Below the pieces are notes generated by a model. That model ran no database searches and was not told the origin of the DNA. It worked only from the letters and a program-made list of their open reading frames with translations. The position numbers and the translations under genes were made by a program. This document shows, one piece after another, positions 18,708 to 25,132 of a DNA stretch of 37,780 nt (position 1 is its first letter; every line of letters starts with the position of its first letter). The stretch spans positions 1 to 37,780 of the IMG/VR virus record IMGVR_UViG_3300027790_000053. The stretch is one strand, 5' to 3'. The DNA is from a virus (taxonomy: Duplodnaviria; Caudoviricetes).

Positions 18708-18852
18708 GGCTAAGATCCTCCTTGTGTTTCCTACGGCGCGGAATTACCTGTGCCTTGTTCTTGAACACCCTATGGCCAAGCTTTCTCAAGATAGCCACAG
18801 GTCTTCTTGTCTTACGCTTAGGTTTCCGCTCTTTGAATGTCTTCTTCTTCAC
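18700..18852 (-). CDS. Highly basic 50-aa peptide, ArfA-like (not in ORF track)
   Basis: GTG start; MKKKTFKERKPKRKTRRPVAILRKLGHRVFKNKAQVIPRRRKHKEDLSHD fills the gap between the cupin and protease genes. Confidence 0.55.
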   Translation of the reverse strand: MKKKTFKERKPKRKTRRPVAILRKLGHRVFKNKAQVIPRRRKHKEDLSHD

Positions 18853-19189
18853 ACCGCTTACCTATTTGCACCTCAGAAATAACCAAGGGTTCTGTGGCGG
18901 ACAAGTTGGATACTGTATGCCACTCCGTTGGGATAATAATGATCTGAGAGCCGGGGCCATAAGAGCGGCCACGCATTTCCTCAGGGCTATCGCCTGTAGA
19001 TACCAAGGCATTGCCCAGCACAATGGTCCAATACTCGGTTCTGTGTTCGTGTCGTTGCACTGAGATAGCTTTACCTGGATCAAGTACCAGGGTTTTACAG
19101 ACATAGCTCGTAGTGCGCAGGGCATCTACATAATAGCCCCAAGGCTTCCTGACATATTCTCTGCAGAAACCTTCAACGAAATTAGTCAT
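18818..19189 (-). CDS. Cupin, type II mannose-6-phosphate isomerase C-terminal-like
   Basis: KPWGYY, K.L...PG..IS.QRHEHRTEYW, H...N, L.ISEVQIG..CEEEDIQR. Confidence 0.9.
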   Translation of the reverse strand: MTNFVEGFCREYVRKPWGYYVDALRTTSYVCKTLVLDPGKAISVQRHEHRTEYWTIVLGNALVSTGDSPEEMRGRSYGPGSQIIIIPTEWHTVSNLSATEPLVISEVQIGKRCEEEDIQRAET

Positions 19190-19223
19190 AATGTAATTAC
19201 CTCCGTAATTCCTCCGGCGTCAA

Positions 19224-19325
19224 GTGCCCCCGGGAGGGGTGATAGGGGATCTCCCGGGGGCGTCCTTAACAGGCTGGAGGAGAACCTGCCAAGGGGCTAG
19301 GCTTAACCGTGGAGGTAGCCTAGAA
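19224..19325 (-). ncRNA. Candidate three-hairpin sRNA with CU-rich anti-Shine-Dalgarno loops (cuckoo/CcsR-like architecture)
   Basis: Three adjacent stems on the minus strand with loops ACCUCCACGGUUA, UUCUCCUCCAG and AUCCCCUAUCACCC; the middle stem has two G-U pairs that form only on the minus strand. Confidence 0.55.
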
Positions 19326-19350
19326 GAAGTAAAGGGTTACGCTGTGCGTA

Positions 19351-19539
19351 TCACCTGGAATCCCACCATAGAAGAACCAAGGCAACACCGTGCCAGCCCA
19401 CCATCCAACCGCCTGTAATACCAGCCCAGACAGTAAAGAGGGTTGTTTCAGGGATTAGCGCAACACCTACGATAAGACCAAGGCCAAGAATGCTTGACAT
19501 CGCAACGTAAGCAATTTCCAAGGGGTCAGTACCTAGCAT
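19351..19539 (-). CDS. Small membrane protein
   Basis: 62 aa, two TM segments, GAGGAG RBS. Confidence 0.65.
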   Translation of the reverse strand: MLGTDPLEIAYVAMSSILGLGLIVGVALIPETTLFTVWAGITGGWMVGWHGVALVLLWWDSR

Positions 19540-19987
19540 GACTTGTTCTCCTCAGGTAATCTTCGAGAATACTACGTGAACTATTAGCTTTACCTGTTTG
19601 CATAAAGCGAGGGGCAATACGAAGCCTTTCCAAAGCCTCCCTTTCCGCTACAGGAATGTCTTTGCTGCTCTTTCTATCGCCGCCGTTCACAAAGACCATC
19701 CTTTGCTCAGGCCCATACATCTCTCTTACTTTCTCCAGGAAGTCCACAGCGTGTCCTTGCGAATCATCAAAGGCAAGCACTCTGCTAACCGTTCCGAGGG
19801 CTTCCAGGATTACCTTGCGTTCTTTCCAAGGTAAAAACCAAGTTTGCTCAGGGCGATCCTTGCGCTTCTCTTGTAGCCAAGCATCCGAGTTTAGACCTAC
19901 GACTACATTAGAGCCAATGCCGAGTAGTTCAATGTGGCCGGAGTGCAAGGGGTCCATGCCGCCAGTCACGAGGTAAAGAGGCGTCAT
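19526..19987 (-). CDS. Cytidylyltransferase-like (HIGH-superfamily) nucleotidyltransferase
   Basis: VTGGMDPLHSGH, VVGLNSDAWL, ER..IL.AL..V..V..FDD, FVNGGDR, K.NSS. Confidence 0.9.
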   Translation of the reverse strand: MTPLYLVTGGMDPLHSGHIELLGIGSNVVVGLNSDAWLQEKRKDRPEQTWFLPWKERKVILEALGTVSRVLAFDDSQGHAVDFLEKVREMYGPEQRMVFVNGGDRKSSKDIPVAEREALERLRIAPRFMQTGKANSSRSILEDYLRRTSHARY

Positions 19988-20268
19988 TGTTCGCCCCTTG
20001 CTTTTTTCATAGCGTCAGCGGCGGCTTGCATTTCAGGGCCTTTGAGGTCTTCGGCTGGCAAGCGCCCCAAGGCAAACATGGCGAGGCCGTTTAGTGCGTC
20101 ATGTAATGCCTGTGTGATCATCGCGGCCTTTTCGACTTCCATCAACAGCCGCATTTCTTCGTTGGGTATTGGATAGGGCGAACCGGACGGTTGGTCTGCG
20201 TCCGTCCTGTTGTCAAAGTAGTCCGCAACCTCGTCCAAAATGTCGAGGATGATTCTTTCGCCGCTCAT
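19984..20268 (-). CDS. Hypothetical protein
   Basis: 94 aa; ATGA overlap with the next gene. Confidence 0.65.
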   Translation of the reverse strand: MSGERIILDILDEVADYFDNRTDADQPSGSPYPIPNEEMRLLMEVEKAAMITQALHDALNGLAMFALGRLPAEDLKGPEMQAAADAMKKARGEQ

Positions 20269-20277
20269 CGCCTGCCC

Positions 20278-20490
20278 CTACATCTGTTCTGCAATTAGAG
20301 CAGCGATATCCGCCGTAATGGGATCATTCCAGGCAGACCTACGAATGGTCATCTTACCCTCAGGGTTTCTTAGAACTTCCTGAATGTAAGCGTCTTCAAT
20401 CTCAAGGGTGTTCTGGTGGGTGGTGACATGAAAAGACACGGTGGCGTCTTTGATATCTACGTCAATGATGTGGAAGTCTACGGGTCGCAT
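20278..20490 (-). CDS. Hypothetical protein
   Basis: 70 aa; AAGGAGG RBS. Confidence 0.7.
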   Translation of the reverse strand: MRPVDFHIIDVDIKDATVSFHVTTHQNTLEIEDAYIQEVLRNPEGKMTIRRSAWNDPITADIAALIAEQM

Positions 20491-20532
20491 TGCTTTGGTC
20501 CTCCTTAGCTTTAGCGATATGCCTTAGTACGC

Positions 20533-20823
20533 TTAGATTACCTTCGTGTCAAGAAGTTTTTCCATTTGGTCTACAATGAATTCCTGGGGGTCACCATCGC
20601 GAGCCTTGGCAGTGCCATAAGGCATATCCCCAGTGGCCAAGTAATACTCGTAGAGCTCATCTGCTACGTCAGGATGATCACAAGCCTCTGCAAAGTCAGC
20701 GGCGCCATTAACCAAGTCAATAACCAGGGCTTTGCCTAACCAATGTTCAACAATGTCCAAAGGGCTTTCTACGTCTACCGTGTTGGGTCGCCCGTCAACG
20801 GATCTGCGGTATATCTTGGTCAT
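20533..20823 (-). CDS. Hypothetical acidic protein
   Basis: Start MTKIY with GGAGGAG RBS; 'LYEYY...GDMPYGTAKARDGDP' resembles a motif recurrent in phage proteins. Confidence 0.7.
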   Translation of the reverse strand: MTKIYRRSVDGRPNTVDVESPLDIVEHWLGKALVIDLVNGAADFAEACDHPDVADELYEYYLATGDMPYGTAKARDGDPQEFIVDQMEKLLDTKVI

Positions 20824-20986
20824 GCAAGTCTCCTCCAAGGGTTCCAATGATAATCCATTCCTCGCCAGCTAAGGCCAGCCAGGTAAGATAAATGATACTC
20901 ACGGGAAGCATGAGGGGCGGGGCCACAAAGATCAGCCCCATGATGCAGAACCAGGTCCACATTAAGTCATGCTGATTCATGTTCAT
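20795..20986 (-). CDS. Small membrane protein, first gene of the leftward early-like operon
   Basis: 63 aa, hydrophobic, AAGGA RBS. Confidence 0.55.
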   Translation of the reverse strand: MNMNQHDLMWTWFCIMGLIFVAPPLMLPVSIIYLTWLALAGEEWIIIGTLGGDLHDQDIPQIR

Positions 20987-21003
20987 TTTGCCATCCTTGG
21001 TTA

Positions 21004-21120
21004 TACTAAGGAACCTTGTAAGGGCTCTTAGGAACCATGTAAGGTTCCTTAGTAAAACTAGACTAAACTTGGTTTATCCTTAGAACCCTTAGGGTGTCCT
21101 AGACTCCCTAGAACTTCCTT
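21004..21120. repeat. Inverted/direct repeat cluster in the main non-coding region
   Basis: Perfect 14-bp inverted repeat TACTAAGGAACCTT (21004-21017) / AAGGTTCCTTAGTA (21041-21054); direct repeat AGGAACC(T/A)TGTAAGG at 21009 and 21030; repeated CCTTAG/CCTAG words. Confidence 0.85.
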
Positions 21121-21186
21121 TGGTCTTACGAGGATTGATTCTTTTCCCTTATTCCCTTTATTCTATGTCCTCTTAATCAAAGGCGT

Positions 21187-21221
21187 TCCTAGGTACTACC
21201 TAGGAGAAATCTGCCTGTCAA
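21187..21221 (-). promoter_or_regulatory. Sigma70-type promoter overlapped by a 19-bp palindrome
   Basis: TTGACA (21221-21216), 17 nt, TAGTAC; palindrome TCCTAGGTA-C-TACCTAGGA (21187-21205) covers the -10. Confidence 0.6.
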
Positions 21222-21369
21222 GAAAAAAGAAGGGAAAGGGGGCAATAAAATAAGGTAGCTAGGCTGAGCTAAGAGAGACCCTAAGAGGTAGCAAAAGGGG
21301 CTCTCAGAAGCCTCAGGAGTGCCCTCTTCTCTTAGTGCGTTTAGAAAGGGTATCCGTTAGAATGGTTAC

Positions 21370-21804
21370 ATGGAATGTACTTATTGTGGAGATAGAGCTG
21401 AAACCTTAGATCATGTGGTTCCTTTTTGTTCTGAACGTCCTCAGAAGCGTAGAACATATCCTAAGAATAAAGTTGTTCCTTGCTGTCAAGAATGTAACAC
21501 ATTACTCGGAGCTAAGTATTTGATAACGATAGGAGAACGTGCCCTATTCCTTGCGAAAAAACTTAAGACGCGCTACGAAAAGGTTCTGTTGTCCCCTGAG
21601 TGGGAGCCAGAAGAACTAGAAGAACTTGGCTATACTCTGCGCCCTGCGATAGAAAAGGCTTTGATCATTAAACGTGAGGTTGAAATACGTGTACTCCATT
21701 GCCAGAAAGTAGCCTTAGAAGGACCCTCCATTAAGGACATTTGGAAAGACGCTAAAAATGATGCCTTAGAGGGCGTAGCACGCGTCTCTAGCGGGCTCCT
21801 CTAA
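21370..21804 (+). CDS. HNH endonuclease (zinc-binding, CxxC type)
   Basis: CTYCG..A.TLDHVVP ... VVPCCQECN..LG.K; transcribed against the surrounding genes. Confidence 0.85.
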   Translation: MECTYCGDRAETLDHVVPFCSERPQKRRTYPKNKVVPCCQECNTLLGAKYLITIGERALFLAKKLKTRYEKVLLSPEWEPEELEELGYTLRPAIEKALIIKREVEIRVLHCQKVALEGPSIKDIWKDAKNDALEGVARVSSGLL

Positions 21805-21830
21805 CATTTTCAAAGCCGTGTTAGTTAAAC

Positions 21831-21865
21831 AGAGAAAGCCCTCAGTAAGCGCCTGAGGGCCTCTC
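21831..21865. terminator. Hairpin terminator between convergent genes
   Basis: GCCCTCAG-7nt-CTGAGGGC (21838-21860), followed by TTTCTCT on the minus strand. Confidence 0.6.
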
Positions 21866-21894
21866 ATACGATATACCTAGGTATGGTTGCAGGT

Positions 21895-21981
21895 TTAGTC
21901 GAGGCCTGCCGCAAGTAGCATCATGGGTGCAATACCAAGGGCTGTGATGATAACAGCCAAGTCAATTATTCTGAATAGCAT
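21895..21981 (-). CDS. 28-aa single-TM peptide (not in ORF track)
   Basis: MLFRIIDLAVIITALGIAPMMLLAAGLD*; AAGGAG RBS 7 nt upstream; own promoter. Confidence 0.55.
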   Translation of the reverse strand: MLFRIIDLAVIITALGIAPMMLLAAGLD

Positions 21982-22001
21982 GTGAAATCTCCTTCATTCC
22001 C

Positions 22002-22030
22002 AATGTAGTATAGCTTATCCCGCAGTGCAA
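22002..22030 (-). promoter_or_regulatory. Putative sigma70 promoter
   Basis: TTGCAC (22030-22025), 17 nt, TACATT (22007-22002). Confidence 0.5.
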
Positions 22031-22074
22031 TATACACAGGGGTATGCTAGGTATGCTTGAAGGGTATAGGAGGC

Positions 22075-22338
22075 TTAGTTGGTTCCTAGAGTTTTCAGGG
22101 CAGTCCAAAGGGCTACAACCCCGGTCCCTATGCCGCCAAGCCAAACCAGGAGTTTCACTGTGTTCTTCCCTGTGTTGACTTCTTCGCGAAGGTGGCGGGT
22201 CTCTTTGAGAGCCTGATCTGCCTTTTCACCGTTGCCTTTCATCTCTTTTTGTACTACGTTTAATTGAGACGTAACCTCAGCGTGATTCTCGACAATTTTT
22301 TGGTAAAGAGTTAGTTGAGTAACGGTTTCATCATCCAT
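22075..22338 (-). CDS. Coiled-coil protein with C-terminal TM (XhlA/holin-like)
   Basis: 87 aa from MDDETV; heptad-rich region, then LLVWLGGIGTGVVALW; AGGGGG RBS. Confidence 0.65.
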   Translation of the reverse strand: MDDETVTQLTLYQKIVENHAEVTSQLNVVQKEMKGNGEKADQALKETRHLREEVNTGKNTVKLLVWLGGIGTGVVALWTALKTLGTN

Positions 22339-22363
22339 TGGAGCCCCCTGGAAAGGAAAGAAC

Positions 22364-22510
22364 ATGAGAGAGTGGAATTACTACGTTGCCATAGGAATTG
22401 CTTTGCTGGTCATTGCCTTCTTTGGTCTTTGGGGCGCTGTGACAGTTATCACAGTGTGTCTGGTAATCCAGTATATTCATCACGCTAAAACAGGGCGTTG
22501 GATAGAGTAG
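22364..22510 (+). CDS. 48-aa membrane protein convergent with the last ejection gene (SieA-like position; not in ORF track)
   Basis: MREWNYYVAIGIALLVIAFFGLWGAVTVITVCLVIQYIHHAKTGRWIE*; AAGGA RBS; stop 3 nt from the stop of the gp16-like gene. Confidence 0.6.
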   Translation: MREWNYYVAIGIALLVIAFFGLWGAVTVITVCLVIQYIHHAKTGRWIE

Positions 22511-22513
22511 CCC

Positions 22514-25132
22514 TTATTCCTCCTCAGATGGCGCGGTTACTTCGGTACCTGCCAAGGCACCAAGCCCCGCTGCCCCTGCGGTAAAGAGAGGCGCATTATA
22601 ATATTCAAAGTCACGCACAGGGCGAAGGGCCTGCCGGACGGCTTGTCTTCCCGCGTGTTCTCCTGCAGGTCTTGCCGCTTGCTGTGTAAGAAGGCGAGCG
22701 CCTGAGACCGTTCCAATGGCATTCCACAGAGCCCACCCTGTTCTTGAGATGACACCACCAGAGCCAGAACGGTTCCTAAGATTAGCGGGCGTAGTGTCGC
22801 CTACGATATCTCTAAGTGTATTCCTGTAGTTTCTGAAACGACTAAGTTCTGCGGGTGTAAAGAGTTCAGCAAGATACTCAGGGTTCCTGGACATCTCACT
22901 GTCAATTCTGCGCAAGATCGTGTGATAGCTTGCCCGCGCTTCATTAAGCCCTGCATCTGTAGGATTAAGGAGTGCTTGGCGTGCCGTAGGGTTGTCCCCA
23001 AAGAGAAGACGCGCAGCTACAGCTTCTCGGGTGACTTGAAACTGTTCAGGGAAGTTTGATTTAAGATGCCTTACCATTCCCAAAGAAAGGTCATTGCGGC
23101 CAACACGCCCGTTACCCATTATCCAGTTAGCCACTTGATTGGCAGAGCGCTCATCGCGGACGATTCTATCCATTGTTTGCCCTACCCGGGAAGGCATGGA
23201 ACCCGCCCGCCCTCTGGGCTCAAACAAGCGTCCCTGTTCTGCTCTAGCACCTCTTGCAGCGGCGTAGGTTTCAAAGAACTCAGGGGGCGAATCAAAGAGC
23301 TTGGCATCCACAGCATCGTCTAGCCAGGTATCAAGCCCGTCCAGAACACGCTGTGCTCCCATAGCATCCGTAGGTGTTCCGTTTCTACTGGCACTTTCAA
23401 TACGTTGTCTAAGAAGTCTGCGCACTCTGTCGAAGTCCCTTGAATACTCAAGGATGTCCCCGCCTGCCATGCGCTGTGCTAGGCCGTCTACATCGTTAAG
23501 GGCATTGATTGTCTGAGGGGTTAAGCCACTGTCAATGACTATGCCACTCTGATCCATAGATCCTGTGATACCTTCTCTCAGGCTCTCTAAAGAATCCCCT
23601 GTAAATTCAACGTCACCAAAGGCGCGGGTTTGGTCATAGAGTTCGCCCACAGTAGCGCGTTGCTGTTCAAAGGAAGAGGACAAATCATCTCTGAGCATAG
23701 TCCCCGCTTGTGCTTCGGGGTTATCCAGCGAATCAATATCAAGGGTATTGCCAAATTCATCTCTTTGCGCTCTTGCGTGTCGCGCAACATCCCGCGCTTG
23801 GCGAAGGTCTTGGGCGCGTACTTCAGCAGAGGCAGCGGGGCCATAAGAGCCTCCGCGTGCATCGTCCAGCGTACTCATCAAGGCCGGGTCTTGTGTCGTC
23901 TGGGCTCTGTTAAGGGTTACGCCCTGTTCTCTTGCTCTTGCTACACGCGCAGCCGCATCCGGAGTAAGGTTTGATTCTTCTCCGAGAGCACCGCGTACTC
24001 TGCGTCCCGCGTCACCCACGGTTCTCCCTGCCCTGTGAGCCGCAGAACCTTGTGGCCTTGTAGCACTCTGTGGCCCCATAGGCACAGCCGCAGGGTCAGG
24101 AACTGATCTCACGCCTCTCCCTAAGTGTCTCGCAGCGTTTCTCACGCCACTACCTACGAGAGGTGCCAAGGCTTCCCCTGCACCGCCAGCGCCCGCAGCT
24201 AAAAGCATGCGCCCGGGGTCTACGCCTTGCTCTGAGCCTTGGCTCATCGCTGTTACATCTTGGGCCAGACTTGTAGTGCCTGAGAGCGCTGCGTTTGCAA
24301 GGATACGTCTTAAAGGGGTACGAGCGGCGCCCGCAACCCTCGCCGCAGGTGCATACCACACACCCTCTGCAATAAAGGTAAAGAGATCCTGAGGGGAAAC
24401 ACCTGGGGAGTTCAAATAAGCAAAGCCATCTGTAGTCTCGGAATTTTCGAAGTTAGGATCATTGGGGTGCCTAGCTAAAATTCTTCCTTCACTGTCTTCT
24501 CTTACTTCAATTCCCGGGATACCCCGCCTGATAATGTCCATCTGAGCACGGGGGTCTGGGGTTATTGCCAAGGCGCCAACCACATCCCAAGAGTCCTCGA
24601 AACCCATGTCCACTGCCCCGAGTTCTCGCGCCCCTTCAAAGTCTGGGTCTCGCCGAGGGGCAAACATATCTCTCACGAAGTCCTGCGCCCCACGGGGGCG
24701 GTATTCCTCTGCTCTAGCGTTAAGCCTTGCCGCTTCTTCAGGTGTAATCACGCCCGCTCTGCGTGCCCTGCTAATATGAGTTGTTTGACCCATGTGCCCT
24801 TCATTAAAGACAGGAGGGTCGTTAGGATGTCTCTGGTCAGGAAAAGGTTCACCTGTCTCGACATGCCTGCGGATATTGTAGTAGTCCTCGCTAGGTGCGG
24901 GATAATCCTCAGCCCTTACAAGGTTCTCCCCTCTTTGGGCAAGAAGGGTATCAAAGGCACTTGGGGTATCTTCTTGGGGTCTGCCTTGATCTTGCTTTAG
25001 AGACCTGCGCGGTTTGTCGTAGCTTGCTCTTTGCACAGACGGCGGATTAAAGGGGCCACCATAAACAGGAGTGTTTCCCGGCTTTCTTGCTGACCGCGTA
25101 AACCAATCATGTGGAAAACCAAGATTCATCAA
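22514..25132 (-). CDS. DNA ejection (transfer) protein, P22 gp16-like
   Basis: 'YLNSPGVSPQDLFTFIAEGVWYAPAARV' matches the LNxPGxSPQDL segment I recall from P22 gp16; last of three ejection genes; Ala/Gly/Arg-rich helical protein. Confidence 0.8.
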   Translation of the reverse strand: MMNLGFPHDWFTRSARKPGNTPVYGGPFNPPSVQRASYDKPRRSLKQDQGRPQEDTPSAFDTLLAQRGENLVRAEDYPAPSEDYYNIRRHVETGEPFPDQRHPNDPPVFNEGHMGQTTHISRARRAGVITPEEAARLNARAEEYRPRGAQDFVRDMFAPRRDPDFEGARELGAVDMGFEDSWDVVGALAITPDPRAQMDIIRRGIPGIEVREDSEGRILARHPNDPNFENSETTDGFAYLNSPGVSPQDLFTFIAEGVWYAPAARVAGAARTPLRRILANAALSGTTSLAQDVTAMSQGSEQGVDPGRMLLAAGAGGAGEALAPLVGSGVRNAARHLGRGVRSVPDPAAVPMGPQSATRPQGSAAHRAGRTVGDAGRRVRGALGEESNLTPDAAARVARAREQGVTLNRAQTTQDPALMSTLDDARGGSYGPAASAEVRAQDLRQARDVARHARAQRDEFGNTLDIDSLDNPEAQAGTMLRDDLSSSFEQQRATVGELYDQTRAFGDVEFTGDSLESLREGITGSMDQSGIVIDSGLTPQTINALNDVDGLAQRMAGGDILEYSRDFDRVRRLLRQRIESASRNGTPTDAMGAQRVLDGLDTWLDDAVDAKLFDSPPEFFETYAAARGARAEQGRLFEPRGRAGSMPSRVGQTMDRIVRDERSANQVANWIMGNGRVGRNDLSLGMVRHLKSNFPEQFQVTREAVAARLLFGDNPTARQALLNPTDAGLNEARASYHTILRRIDSEMSRNPEYLAELFTPAELSRFRNYRNTLRDIVGDTTPANLRNRSGSGGVISRTGWALWNAIGTVSGARLLTQQAARPAGEHAGRQAVRQALRPVRDFEYYNAPLFTAGAAGLGALAGTEVTAPSEEE

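Noticed and set aside
19224-19418. Plus-strand 64-aa ORF, or a CsrA/RsmA sponge reading (GGA loops) of the hairpins
   Set aside because: On the plus strand the middle stem would contain two A-C mismatches, and the ORF has no coding features; the minus-strand RNA reading fits better.
21230-21360. tRNA in the non-coding region
   Set aside because: No cloverleaf or TTCGA-type T-loop found here, and I noticed none elsewhere in the window.
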